DNA of 64,000 bases from Crocinitomicaceae bacterium. GTDB lineage: Bacteria; Bacteroidota; Bacteroidia; Flavobacteriales_D; Crocinitomicaceae. Location: positions 6,015-70,014 of the forward strand of contig QKAV01000064.1 of assembly GCA_003247185.1 (NCBI GenBank). The letters are read 5' to 3'. Below the pieces are notes generated by a model. The model made no database searches and was not told the origin of the DNA. It worked only from the letters and a program-made list of their open reading frames with translations. Numbering within the stretch: position 1 is the first letter of the stretch; the number at the start of each line of letters is the position of its first letter. The translations under genes were made by a program, and so were the position numbers. Shown one piece after another: positions 20,275 through 31,800 of the stretch.

Positions 20275-21501
20275 TTATTGTCGTTTTAGATAGAAATACC
20301 CTTTATAGATCTTTCCGTAATTGGCAGATGATGCATCGCCTCCCAATTCAAGCAGATAGTAATACGTTCCTTCAGGAAGTTGATCTCCGCCAACGTTTAA
20401 GCTGCTTTGTGAACGGCCATCCCAATCATTTTGGTAGTTATTGCTTTCATATACAAGGACGCCCCAGCGATTGAAAATGGTCATCTTTGAGTTCGGGTAC
20501 ATTTCCAATCCATCGATCTTTAATACATCATTATACCCATCGCTGTTTGGAGTGAACCCCTGTGAAACTGCAACTTCCGGAGCAATATTATAGGTGGCCA
20601 ATGTGAAAATACCGTAAGACGACATCTTTACCGGAGTAGTTACAGTTTTATTGAATTCATCAACAACTCCGCCTTCATCAATCCACATATTCTGCGCGGG
20701 ATCCCAACGCACGATGTGAATGGTCTGATAGGTACCAGGAAGAATCTGCGATGGAGTAGTGGTATATTCATCCCAGCTAAGGGTAATTAAAACGGGACTT
20801 CCCGGGTTGGAAGGTGTAATACTCCAGTACTCCTGGTCATCAATGAATGTAATTAGAGCTGAAGCCTTGTTTGCCAAAGGGTAGAGTGGATCAGGATTCA
20901 GGTAGAAATACTTGGCAGTGAACATATCACTTGCCTGATCAGGAGCTGAAATACCGGCAAATCTGTAATATCCGCCATCACCGATGGGATACTCAAAGGC
21001 CGTATTGCCATCTTTTCGTACCGGACCATCCACGTGGCTGAGATCGCTTGTATTGATGTGATTGGCATTGTTTTGGAAGATCACCAGACCACCGAAATCA
21101 TCATCGTTTAAGATTCCCTTGTTAAAATCAGCTTCATTGTCAATACTGATCTCTCCACTTACTTCAAAGGATGCTGTGTTACTCGAAGGATTATCAAATA
21201 ATGCATCATAAAAATAGGATGGATTACTTCCGCTCAGCTGCTGTACCACATTTCCCAGAAAGCGTGTGTAGCCCTGTAACCCTGTTGTGAAATTTACACT
21301 ACCATCATTATTAAAATGGTTATAAACAAATACCTCACCATCATTTACAAATGTTCCGGAGGGTTTGTTGTCAAAAGCGCCAACAGTTGCAAATATAGTT
21401 CCGGGCTGAACCTGAACCAAACCTGTGTTCACCGTTTGTGCGCGACCTGGTGATACCTCTAAGATCGCAAGCATCACCAATAAAGTAAACTGTGTTTTCA
21501 T
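20275..21501 (-). CDS. Secreted protein with T9SS type-B (gliding-motility-associated, CHU_C-like) C-terminal sorting domain
   Basis: Signal peptide. C-terminus [38 protein letters not shown]...GTYYYLLEL...KGYFYLKRQ matches the type-B CTD pattern (TIGR04131-like). Confidence 0.8.
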   Translation of the reverse strand: MKTQFTLLVMLAILEVSPGRAQTVNTGLVQVQPGTIFATVGAFDNKPSGTFVNDGEVFVYNHFNNDGSVNFTTGLQGYTRFLGNVVQQLSGSNPSYFYDALFDNPSSNTASFEVSGEISIDNEADFNKGILNDDDFGGLVIFQNNANHINTSDLSHVDGPVRKDGNTAFEYPIGDGGYYRFAGISAPDQASDMFTAKYFYLNPDPLYPLANKASALITFIDDQEYWSITPSNPGSPVLITLSWDEYTTTPSQILPGTYQTIHIVRWDPAQNMWIDEGGVVDEFNKTVTTPVKMSSYGIFTLATYNIAPEVAVSQGFTPNSDGYNDVLKIDGLEMYPNSKMTIFNRWGVLVYESNNYQNDWDGRSQSSLNVGGDQLPEGTYYYLLELGGDASSANYGKIYKGYFYLKRQ

Positions 21502-21632
21502 AACTCTCTTTATTTACTGTTTTCAATTGACGGCTTCCCGCAGGACCGGGTCATCTGGGTGCACATTTGTTGAAATCATTGCTCCCGGCCCCACAGGTTG
21601 CCTATTTTTTGTTTTTAAAACCTAAAGTCATA

Positions 21633-24600
21633 TCAGAACTTCATATCTCTTTTTACATTATCCAGATAATATTTTCCGTGCCGCATAAAGTCAGTTGGCC
21701 AAATTCCGAAGGTGAAATATCTCGCCCCGTTGAAATCATATATTGTTTCATAATTACCCCCATTTTGTACCAATGGCCTGATGTGAACATTTGTTGTAAA
21801 CCCGGCATCGTCAGCTACGATTAATGACACTTTGGTAATATCACTGAACCCGGCTACTGCAGTGGCAGGGATCCGAACCAGTACTGAGTCAACTGTACCT
21901 GTTTCCTGAACAAACCAGTTACGCACCAGTTTTTCAGCAAAACCATGAGGTATTCCGGAATTGGCAATGGAAATACTCGCGTTGTCGTTACCCCAGATAA
22001 GAAAACTGTTGTCTGTAGCAAATGAATTTGAGTTTGCCAGGTTCGAGACTTCGATGCCTCCCAATCCAATGGTTATCAGCGCATCAGAATTTACCGATAT
22101 GGATTGTTTCTGATTCAGAGCGGAGAGATCATCACGACCGATTCCGGCGATGTCATTGCTATAGGTAGCGTATGTCGCTGCGTCCCATAGTACAGATGCG
22201 TCTGCGGAAAGATAATCCTGAGGAGTAGTCTGATCCAGTGTAATCCCGTATTTAATTGCTAGATACGACTCGATCCGCCGCAATTCCGTTCCGGAAGTTG
22301 TCTTATTGTTATACACAATCACTTCGTCGATCTCCCCGTTAAAGTAGGAGGTACCGATTAACTTGTGGACACCAACAGTGTTATTGTTTACCGTTTGGAT
22401 GTAATTAAAGGTAATTTGTGCGTCCGTGGCTACCTGCAAACCATCCTGTCTTATCAGTTTCCCGGTTGTATTGTTGTAAGTCGCTGTGTAAATATCCGGT
22501 TCATTTGGAGTAGGGTTACCTCCCCAAAAGCCACTATTTGACCATGAAGATTCAAATTTATCGCCTTCATCCAGTTGATGGTATATCCCGTTGTTTGTTC
22601 CATAACCTCCAAGGTACAAAACCTGTGCTGCCTTGGTCGCGGTCTGGCGTTGTACTGAAACAATGGAATAATTGGTATTCCCGTTATCCAATATGCCGAT
22701 AGGCAAATCAAAATAATTATTTGTACCGTTGAAGGTAACAGACGGGTTAAAGTTAACATCCAGGTGATTGAATGTCGGCAAGTTTACCGCAGATCCATCC
22801 CTTCCGTGTCCTGATTGATCGAGCCAGGTACCTAAGGCATTCCCATCGGCGGCCGGTATACCTGTATCCGAATAAACACCTATATCGGCCCTTAGCCATA
22901 ACGAAAGGTTAGAAACCACCCCACCCGGGGAAGCCTGGCTAAGCCCCAAGGTAAACAGGTCTCCATTATTCAGGTCGACCCCTGAGAAAACAGCTTGCCC
23001 ATCTATCAGGATACCGCCGGAAATAATCGTAGCATTGGTAAAATCACCGTCGCCATCAGTATCGATGTACAATTCCAAATCGTATGCAAGCGGTGCCATT
23101 CCGTCAAAACTTACGGTGAGGTTTGAAACACTCCCGGTTTCAGCGACTTTCCATTCCCGTCCCATGCGGTACAGCGCTGCCGCTCCTGCAGGAAGTTCAG
23201 ACGTTTGTAAGGAGGTGCTGGCATTGTCGTTACCCCATACCAGGAAGTTTTGATCAGCAGCAAAACTATTTGTGTTTGTTTGGTTTGTTGCGGCTACCTG
23301 TCCCAATGCAATGGTAACTATCGCATCGCTGTTTATTGAGCGTGATTGCTTTTGTTCCAGTGCAGAAAGATCATCGCGGCCAATTCCGGCAATATCGTTA
23401 CTGTAAATCGCATTACTTGTAGCATTCCAAATTACCGTAGCGTCGGAGGACAAGTAATTGTTTGGAGAACTCTGGTTCAGGGTAAGCCCGTATTTGAGGG
23501 CTAAGTAGGAATTAACCTGCAGACGCTCAGTTGCAGTAAGCGCCCTGTTGTATAAGATTATTTCCCCTGTTTCTCCGCGAAACACAGTACCTGAAACTGC
23601 CCCGATATGTTCATTTCCTGCGGCCAGCGAAAAATCGGTGGTGTTAGTAGCAGAAGTGGCCTTATACTGCCCGTTAAACTGGATACCCCAGTTATTGGTT
23701 GCGCTATGGGTACCATAAATGTTCCAGTCGGAAGTTTGGATTGGATCGCCAACAATAGAAGCAACTCCTGTTTTTCCGTCAGCAATCGTGTTATTGGCCG
23801 GGTTAAAAGCAAGCCTGTCGTTGGTAAACGAGCCCTGGTAAACATTCAAATCACTCCATGTATAATGAAAGCCTCTACTACTGCCTCCAAAATCATACGG
23901 ATGCCCGTAAGCACCTGCTCCTCCGTTATCTTTTACTACCGTAATGGCCTCAGCAGCCGTGTAAGCAGTAACAAAAGGACTAGCTGTAAACCTGAAATAA
24001 TCATCCCCGTCAAAATCAATTATCGGATTAAAATTTAAACTACCCTCAATAAAAGCGGGGTCACCAAAAGACATATCTGCGTGTCTGACATTGGCGGATT
24101 GGTTTTTCCAGGAGCTTATAGCAGTAGTTCCTGTAACTCCGGCATCAGCTTTTAGCCACAGCTGTAAATCGGCTGCCACTCCTCCGGGTGCTTGTTTTGA
24201 AAGTCCCAGGGTAAACAAGTCACCGTTGTTCAGGTCGATCCCGGTAAAAACAGCTTGTCCATTTATCAATGTGCCTCCGGTAACAATTGTCGCATTGCTG
24301 AAATCGCCATCCCCGTCCGTATCGACATACAACTCAAAATCATAAGCCTGAGGATAAATATTGTCAATATCGAAAGCAACTGAAAGATTGGAAACACTTC
24401 CCGTTTCTGCTACCTTCCATTCACGGATCAGTCGCTGACTGGCTACAGCTCCTGTTGGTCGTTCACTTGTCTTCAAACCAGTACTGGTATTATCATTACC
24501 CCACAACAAGAAGTTTTTGTCAGCAACAAAAGCATTGGCATTTGTCTGATTGGAAGAGGCGATACTACCCAGTGCTATGGTAACCAAATCGTCACTGTTT

Positions 24601-27600
24601 ACAGACCGCGATTGTTTTTGGCTTAATACTGAAAAATCATCGCGACCAATTCCGGCTATATCATTGCTGTAAGTGCTGTTAGCCGTAGCATTCCATACCA
24701 CGGAAGCGTCAGATGCCAAATAATTGGTTGCACTCGTTTGGTCAAGCGTTATTCCATATTTCAGAGCTAGATAACTGTTTATTTGCAGAACCTGAGTTGC
24801 TGTCATTAACGAAGCATTCTCATAAACAATTACCTCGGACAATCCGCTTCCGCCGGTTGATGCTTGTCCCGGTATGGCCCCCAGGTAATTAATGGCACCA
24901 GTCGAGTAAAAAGAAGCGTATGCTCCTGCTACAGAACCTACATTTTTTCCCTGAATGTAATTGGTAATTGCGGTTGTGCTTTTCTTTCCGGCGAATAAAT
25001 TCGACACACCTGCAACTGCACCGTCTGCTACATAATTACCTGAATTAAGACGATATCCGTAAGGTGCATCAAAATACAAATTGTCGTCATTGTACTTGAA
25101 ATACTGTATGTCGTACCCGTTGTTTGCTCTTTCTCCCCATACCGACAAAAATTGCCCGTTTATCGGTTGCCCTACTGCAAAAACATACACATTATCATAG
25201 TTTTTTGGTGTTCCAAAAATGGGATTTCCGTTGTATTGGAAATACGAGCTATTAAATGTTAAGGCGGGATTAAAGTTTGCTGCATCCGGAACAAGCGTTA
25301 CTGTGTTAACATTAGCCGTATTGTGTCCGTTACCACTAAAGTCATCCCATGCAGTAGTTGTTGCTCCAATGTCTGAACGCCACCATGCACCAATACCTGG
25401 CATAACTCCACCTGGTGCCGAGGGACTATATCCCAAAGTAAATAAATCACCATTATTCAGGTTAACCCCGGTAAAAGTAGCTTGTCCGTTTATTAATGAT
25501 CCACCGGTAATTACTATAGCATTGGTAAAATCACCGTCGCCATCGGTATCAATATACAGTTCGATATTATAGGCGGCCCTGTTGATATCAAAGGCCACGG
25601 TAAGGTTCGACACGCTGCCTGTTTCCTGAACTTTCCATTCGCGTCCGACTCTTGTTAATGCTGTTGCACCTGCAGGAAGTTCAGTTGACTGTAACGCCAT
25701 CGAAGCCCCATCATTCCCCCATACCAGGAAATTTTTATCCGCAGCAAACGTGTTTGTATTGTTCCCGTTAGTCGTAGCAATGTTTCCTTGCCCGATAGTT
25801 ACCACCGAACCTGTATTTATTGACCGTGACTGTTTTTGGTTTAAAACCGTCGCATCATCGCGCCCTATCCCGGCAATATCATTGGCGTAAGAAGCGTTTG
25901 TTGTGGCATTCCAAATAACAGTACCATCTGAAGTTGTATAATTTTGTGGCGTTGACTGGTCTAATGTAACTCCATACTTAATGGCCAGGTAACTTTCTAC
26001 CTTGTTTTTCTCAGTAAGTGTCAAATCACGGTTGTAAACAATCACTTCAGAAATGTCACCGATAAACGATTCAGTGCCATTTCCTGCCCTTACCCCAATA
26101 TGAGCCCAATCGGCACTATATTGCGTGTTATAGGCAGTAATTGTTGTTGCAATAGCAAGTCCATTACTTCTGATTCTCGTAGTATTGGTAGAACCGTCAT
26201 GTTCATAACGGGCAACAAATGGCACCCCGACCGTAAACGCTCCGGCCCCAGTAAAATCATTTCCAATACCTATGTAGCGGATTGTGCCGTTCTCGTGTCG
26301 AAACGCCTGGAGCTGGTTGGCGGCATTACTCCCGAAACTGAGAGAGCTTCTTAAACCAGCGTCTCTTGTATTGGAAACTACAAATACCGTACGGCCTGAA
26401 TTTCCAACCGGAAAGCTTACCAAACTTGCATTTTCTAATGCAAACCAATCATCACCATCCAGATCTACCGAAGGGTTAAAGTTCATCATCCCGTCAACCA
26501 ATTCAGGGTCGCTATTCACCAGCTTCTCAAAATGGTTGCCGTTACCTGAATAGTCTCGCCAACCATTGTTTGTGGTAAAATTGCCGAAAGAATGGCCTGA
26601 GATATCCGCCCTTGCCCACAAAGCAATCCCGGAATCAACGTTTGCCGGGCCTTGCAATGCTATCGGGTAGGCATTGCTGAATTCTGAGGTACTACCACTC
26701 GTATTGTTATCGGATAAAATGGCCGTCCAGAAACCGCTTACGCTGCCACCACTGTTAACGGTTACTGTATGACTACCAGCTGCCAGATTGGTAGCTGTAT
26801 AAACATAGGTACGCCCGTTATATTCGGCATCGGTTACTTGGTTGGTATAAATTTCCACATTACAATCCGTGCAAAATGCGGGTAATGTAAACGTTACACC
26901 ATAGTTTCCACCACCAACGTCTACTGATGAGGTAATAACCGGTACCTTTCCATTAGAAAGTTCATAACCGTAGTTCCCGTCGTTGGCTACGTTGTCAATT
27001 GCCGATAAATTATTGTAGAACGAGTTTTGGAAATATAAAACGCCATCGGCCTGTTCGTTATAAATACCAGCGTAGTTATTGAAAAAGTTATTATTGATAA
27101 TATCTATAGCCTTGAGACCACCTGTACTGTAAAGCCAGATAGCACGTCCCACATCTGACTGGTGGTTTGAAAAGGTATTGTTGATAATCGTAAAGCCGGT
27201 AGTTGCGTTGGCAACATTAATAATCATACCTGAACGGGTACCACTGTCAAAAACGCAATTTTGGATCATGTTACCTGAGCGGGCAACGTTATTATAAAAC
27301 TCAATACCATCGTAGCATTTGGTAAACGTACATCCATCTAAGGCGAAATTCTGTGCGCCCACCGTGTAAATACCATCCAAATCGGCTTCGTTAATACTTA
27401 CGCCGGTCAGTGTTACATTGGTGGCTGATCCTGCAAAAACAAGCCCGTAATCGGAATCATCGGTTGTTCCCGATACATCGCAATCAATTGTCACATTATT
27501 CATTGTAATGTCCGTTGCATTCGTGTTGAACCGGATTAGTTGGGCTGTACCTGCACCTCCGGCAACCGAAAAAACAGAATTGTTGACACTGAAGGTATTT

Positions 27601-28739
27601 GCAGTCCCTCCGACATACATTCCGTAAACTTCTGCATTGTAGATGTTTAATCCATCCATGGAAACGTTGCTGGCAGTGTTGTCAAAATAAATCCCGTAAT
27701 CCCCGTCATCAGTAGTTGCATCATGATCCAGCTCAATAACTGTATTGTTTATCGTTAATCCGTCAACTGCCCCGACAAAACGGATCTCTATTGTAGGTCC
27801 TTCTCCCTGGGCATTATCTACCGATAAACCATTGATATTAAAATTGGTTGAAGTACCTGCCATATGCATAGCATAGAGGTCGCAGTTGTTTATGGTTGTG
27901 TTGTTTATAGTTACGTTAGAAGCATTGGAAACAAAATGAATTCCGTAATCGGCATCGTTCGCTGTATTTGGATCATCAAGGTCAATAGTGCAGTTCTCTA
28001 TGGTTACACTATCAGCTATTCCTCCAAACCAAATTCCTTCTGCTAAACCATTCACTGTCCCTAAACCATCAGGAAGACTCAGATTGAAATTGTCAATCAA
28101 TATATTGTTAGCTGTTCCCGTAATCTGGATTGCGGCTAAGCTGGCATTGCTTTGTTGCTGGGTCATTGTGAAATTCCGGACGGTCAGTCCATTGGCATTT
28201 CCTACATAATATACTCCATGGTTTAAATAACCTCCCGCATTATGTCGTGCAACGATGTTTTCGATGGTAATCCCGGCAGGGCTCCCCGTAAAATAAAATG
28301 GTTCGTTACCAGTGTCCTGCACCACAAAATTTTTGAATGTAGCGTTCACTCCACCGGCGTCGGCCCTGAAGATGTATGTTGTATTATCTCCGGTTCCGGC
28401 ATCAATAATAATATTGGCCGAGCCATTACCACTACCGTCAATGGTTACATCGGCAACCGAAACTATTGGAAGGCTCGACGAAAGTGTAACTGTTCCTCCC
28501 GTTAAAGATGGGTGAAAAGTAATGTTATGCGGACCTGGACCGGAGGCATTGGCATCAAGTATCGCTTGACGCAAGGAACCTGTTCCTGAGTCGTTGGTGT
28601 TGGTTACAACATAAGTACTGGCAATTGCTTGTATAGAAGATACTATAAATAGTACTGCGATCAAGTATGATCTTCTTAATGTCAGTACTCCAAAACGTCT
28701 GTCAAATTGTATCCTTTTCATGTTAGGGTAGTATTTCAA
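21633..28739 (-). CDS. Giant (2368 aa) secreted protein: N-terminal parallel beta-helix, Ig-like spacer, then four ~410-420-aa LamG-containing modules; no recognisable T9SS CTD
   Basis: Signal/anchor helix LIAVLFIVSSIQAIA. About 550 aa of PbH1-like repeats (NVTINNTTINNC, GIYFDNTASNV...). Four copies of ...EVIVYN..L...E....SYLA(I/L)KYG.TL(D/N)Q, which is a Laminin_G_3-type ending. Each is followed by NDIAGIGRDD...QKQS.S.N, REWKV.ETGSVSNL, DTDGDGDF and NNGDLFTLG. The DNA-level period is about 1.21-1.27 kb. Confidence 0.8.
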   Translation of the reverse strand: MKYYPNMKRIQFDRRFGVLTLRRSYLIAVLFIVSSIQAIASTYVVTNTNDSGTGSLRQAILDANASGPGPHNITFHPSLTGGTVTLSSSLPIVSVADVTIDGSGNGSANIIIDAGTGDNTTYIFRADAGGVNATFKNFVVQDTGNEPFYFTGSPAGITIENIVARHNAGGYLNHGVYYVGNANGLTVRNFTMTQQQSNASLAAIQITGTANNILIDNFNLSLPDGLGTVNGLAEGIWFGGIADSVTIENCTIDLDDPNTANDADYGIHFVSNASNVTINNTTINNCDLYAMHMAGTSTNFNINGLSVDNAQGEGPTIEIRFVGAVDGLTINNTVIELDHDATTDDGDYGIYFDNTASNVSMDGLNIYNAEVYGMYVGGTANTFSVNNSVFSVAGGAGTAQLIRFNTNATDITMNNVTIDCDVSGTTDDSDYGLVFAGSATNVTLTGVSINEADLDGIYTVGAQNFALDGCTFTKCYDGIEFYNNVARSGNMIQNCVFDSGTRSGMIINVANATTGFTIINNTFSNHQSDVGRAIWLYSTGGLKAIDIINNNFFNNYAGIYNEQADGVLYFQNSFYNNLSAIDNVANDGNYGYELSNGKVPVITSSVDVGGGNYGVTFTLPAFCTDCNVEIYTNQVTDAEYNGRTYVYTATNLAAGSHTVTVNSGGSVSGFWTAILSDNNTSGSTSEFSNAYPIALQGPANVDSGIALWARADISGHSFGNFTTNNGWRDYSGNGNHFEKLVNSDPELVDGMMNFNPSVDLDGDDWFALENASLVSFPVGNSGRTVFVVSNTRDAGLRSSLSFGSNAANQLQAFRHENGTIRYIGIGNDFTGAGAFTVGVPFVARYEHDGSTNTTRIRSNGLAIATTITAYNTQYSADWAHIGVRAGNGTESFIGDISEVIVYNRDLTLTEKNKVESYLAIKYGVTLDQSTPQNYTTSDGTVIWNATTNASYANDIAGIGRDDATVLNQKQSRSINTGSVVTIGQGNIATTNGNNTNTFAADKNFLVWGNDGASMALQSTELPAGATALTRVGREWKVQETGSVSNLTVAFDINRAAYNIELYIDTDGDGDFTNAIVITGGSLINGQATFTGVNLNNGDLFTLGYSPSAPGGVMPGIGAWWRSDIGATTTAWDDFSGNGHNTANVNTVTLVPDAANFNPALTFNSSYFQYNGNPIFGTPKNYDNVYVFAVGQPINGQFLSVWGERANNGYDIQYFKYNDDNLYFDAPYGYRLNSGNYVADGAVAGVSNLFAGKKSTTAITNYIQGKNVGSVAGAYASFYSTGAINYLGAIPGQASTGGSGLSEVIVYENASLMTATQVLQINSYLALKYGITLDQTSATNYLASDASVVWNATANSTYSNDIAGIGRDDFSVLSQKQSRSVNSDDLVTIALGSIASSNQTNANAFVADKNFLLWGNDNTSTGLKTSERPTGAVASQRLIREWKVAETGSVSNLSVAFDIDNIYPQAYDFELYVDTDGDGDFSNATIVTGGTLINGQAVFTGIDLNNGDLFTLGLSKQAPGGVAADLQLWLKADAGVTGTTAISSWKNQSANVRHADMSFGDPAFIEGSLNFNPIIDFDGDDYFRFTASPFVTAYTAAEAITVVKDNGGAGAYGHPYDFGGSSRGFHYTWSDLNVYQGSFTNDRLAFNPANNTIADGKTGVASIVGDPIQTSDWNIYGTHSATNNWGIQFNGQYKATSATNTTDFSLAAGNEHIGAVSGTVFRGETGEIILYNRALTATERLQVNSYLALKYGLTLNQSSPNNYLSSDATVIWNATSNAIYSNDIAGIGRDDLSALEQKQSRSINSDAIVTIALGQVAATNQTNTNSFAADQNFLVWGNDNASTSLQTSELPAGAAALYRMGREWKVAETGSVSNLTVSFDGMAPLAYDLELYIDTDGDGDFTNATIISGGILIDGQAVFSGVDLNNGDLFTLGLSQASPGGVVSNLSLWLRADIGVYSDTGIPAADGNALGTWLDQSGHGRDGSAVNLPTFNHLDVNFNPSVTFNGTNNYFDLPIGILDNGNTNYSIVSVQRQTATKAAQVLYLGGYGTNNGIYHQLDEGDKFESSWSNSGFWGGNPTPNEPDIYTATYNNTTGKLIRQDGLQVATDAQITFNYIQTVNNNTVGVHKLIGTSYFNGEIDEVIVYNNKTTSGTELRRIESYLAIKYGITLDQTTPQDYLSADASVLWDAATYATYSNDIAGIGRDDLSALNQKQSISVNSDALITIGLGGIEVSNLANSNSFATDNSFLIWGNDNASISIANSGIPHGFAEKLVRNWFVQETGTVDSVLVRIPATAVAGFSDITKVSLIVADDAGFTTNVHIRPLVQNGGNYETIYDFNGARYFTFGIWPTDFMRHGKYYLDNVKRDMKF

Positions 28740-28764
28740 TGTAGTTCTGTTCCGGGCGGTTAAA

Positions 28765-28806
28765 ATTCAGGAGGCTTTTTTTGGTAGTACAGACCACCTC
28801 CTGAAT
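28765..28806. other. Intergenic stem-loop between the 1114-aa and 2368-aa genes
   Basis: attcaggagg / cctcctgaat form a 10-bp inverted repeat with a 22-nt loop. On the minus strand it is followed by tttt. It may be an attenuator, processing site or weak terminator. Confidence 0.4.
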
Positions 28807-28824
28807 TTCGCCCATGTACTGTTT

Positions 28825-31800
28825 TTATTTACTTAAATAGTTCAACGTAACATCTCCGATACGCACTACTGCATTATTGGCACTGGTCATTTTAAGTACC
28901 AACACGGCGGTTTGTCCGGCTCCCAATGTTGAGAGGGATGCGTTAGGAATGGTTACAGTAGACCACGTAGCTGAAGCTGATGCGGGAATAGTTGCAATAG
29001 GAGTCGCCCCTGATTCCAGGTACAGTTCAGCAGAAACATTCGCTCCTGTATTTGCCATGTAGTCTAAAACAATTGGACTTGTTGCATCCCAGCTCACGAA
29101 ACCTTTTGGTAATGTGAATCGAAGGATTACATCATAATCCTGATCGGTTACTTCAGAAGAATACCATTCGTAGTAATTCATCCAGCTGTTTGCACTACCC
29201 GCATTATCCGAAGTCATCATACCTAGGTTATTGGAACCATCTGCATAGAGTGCTGCACCTGCATATTCGGCACTGTACACATACTGCACAGTATCTATTA
29301 AGTTCAGATATGCACCACCATCAGTTCCTACTGTGATACTATTGAGTGCATCGGTACTAACCACATTGGCAGAGTCTGTAACTCCATTCTCGTCAGTATA
29401 CGTGATTATACCGGTAGCAACATCCTGCGTCATGATGGTTAACGTCTCCATTGAAGAGATGTCGATTGTTGTCATTACCCCATCCTCATTTGTATAGGTG
29501 AATGTGCTGTCACCATTATCGACAAGGGTAGTGGTAGTCTCATTCGCTGCAAAATCGATGAGCGTAGCCGCACCGTTTTCATCTGTATAAGTAAAGGTGC
29601 TGTCACCGTTATTCACCAGCGTAGAAAGTGTTTCTACTGCTGCGATGTCAATGATCGTTGCAATCCCGTCTTCATTCGTGTAGGTGAAGGTACTATCACC
29701 GTTATCTACCAATGTGGAAAGCGTTTCCGTAAAAGTTACCGCAACCCCATCTTCATTGGTATATGTGAAGCTTCCATCGGTATTGTCCACAAGAGTAGTG
29801 GTAGTCTCATTCGCTGCAAAATCGATAAGTGTAGCAGTGCCGTTTTCATCTGTATAGGTGAATGTGCTGTCGCCGTTATTCACCAGCGTTGAAAGCGTCT
29901 CCACTGCTGCGATGTCAATGATAGTTGAGATCCCATCTTCATTCGTGTAGGTGAAGGTACTATCACCGTTATCTACCAGTGTTGAAAGCGTTTCGGTGAA
30001 AGTTACTGCAACCCCATCTTCATTCGTATATGTAAAACTTCCATCGGCATTATCGACAAGGGTAGTAGTCGTCTCATTCGCTGCAAAATCGATGAGCGTA
30101 GCCGCACCGTTTTCATCTGTATAGGTGAATGTGCTGTCACCGTTATTCACCAGCGTAGAGAGTGTTTCTACTGCTGCGATGTCGATGATAGTTGAGATCC
30201 CATCTTCGTTTGTGTACGTAAATGTACTATCACCGTTGTTGACCAATGTGGAAAGCGTTTCCGTAAAAGTTACCGCAACACCATCTTCATTGGTATATGT
30301 GAAGCTTCCATCGGTATTGTCGACAAGGGTAGTAGTTGTCTCAAGGTTAGTAATGTTGATCACAGTTGCCACTCCATCCTCATCTGTGTATGTCATCGTA
30401 CCATCACCGTTGTCCACCAAAGAAGTCAATGTCTCCATGTTGGCGATGCTGATGATAGTTGCTACACCGTCTTCGTCAGTATAAGTCATGGTACCATCAC
30501 CATTGTCTACTAGTGAAGTCAGTGTTTCACTGCTTTGGATGATACTTGTCAAACTGTCCAGAAACTGTTGGTTCGTTACCAGTGTATCACTTAAACTGTT
30601 CACGAAAGTAGAGTTCGAAAGCAGTGTGTCGCCATAAGTGTAGATATCTGAAACCACATCAATTAGGGTTGTAGTTCCATCTTCATCGGTGTAGGTGTAA
30701 GTACCATTACCGTTATTTACCAAAGTAGATAGTGTTTCACTTGTTTGAATGATGCTGGTCAAACTATCCAGAAACTGTTGGTTCGTTACCAGTGTATCAC
30801 TTAAACTGTTTACGAAAGTAGAGTTCGAAAGCAGTGTATCTCCATAGGTGTAGATATCTGAAACCACATCAATTAGGGTTGTAGTTCCATCTTCATCGGT
30901 GTAGGTGTAAGTACCATTACCGTTGTTTACCAAAGTGGAGAGTGTTTCACTTGTTTGAATGATACTGGTCAAACTGTCCAGAAACTGTTGGTTCGTCACC
31001 AGTGTATCACTCATGCTGTTCATGAATGTTGTGTTCGAAAGCAGTGTGTCACCATAGGTGTAGATATCGGAAACCACATCAATTAGAGTTGTTGTTCCGT
31101 TTTCATCTGTGTAGGTATAGGTACCGTTACCGTTATTTACCAGCGTAGAAAGTGTTTCAAGATTTACAATGTTAATTACTGTCGCCACACCATCTTCATC
31201 CGTGTAAGTCATTGTCCCGTCACCGTTGTCTACGAGTGAAGTCAATGTCTCCATATTGGCTATGTTGATGATCGTTGCTATGCCGTCTTCATCTGTATAG
31301 GTCATTGTGCCGTTACCATTATCTACCAGTGAAGTCAAAGTTTCGTTATTGGCTATGATTGTTGATATGCTGATCACGGTAGCCACGCCATTCTCATCCA
31401 GATAAGTTATCGTTCCGTCTCCATTATCTACCAGAGTAGTTAATGTTTCGTTAGCAGCTATCATGGCCGAGATATCTATAGTCTGATTTGTTCCGTTTTC
31501 ATTTGTGTAGGTAAATGTTCCATCGCCGTTGTCCGCGATATTGGTTACAGTTTCGTTATTGGCAATAATTGTTGACATATTGATCACCGTAGCCACACCA
31601 TCCTCATCGAGATAGGTAATTGTTCCATCTCCATTATCCACGAGAGCAGTTAATGTTTCATTTGCAGTAATTGCCGTTGCATCAATAAAGGCTCCGCCAT
31701 CAGATCCTAAGGACAGGATATTACCTCCGTCTACGCTGACTACGTTAACTGTACCCGGTGTTAATCTTACCCATTGCCCATTTGTGATATCCATAGTAGC

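Noticed and set aside
21854-28515. About 20 ORF-track entries of 60-143 aa inside or antisense to the 2368-aa gene (for example 23607..24038, 25219..25572, 26284..26553).
   Set aside because: All are nested within one long, internally consistent reading frame with recognisable domains. Their translations are low-complexity mirror images of the repeats. No independent start or terminator signals were seen.
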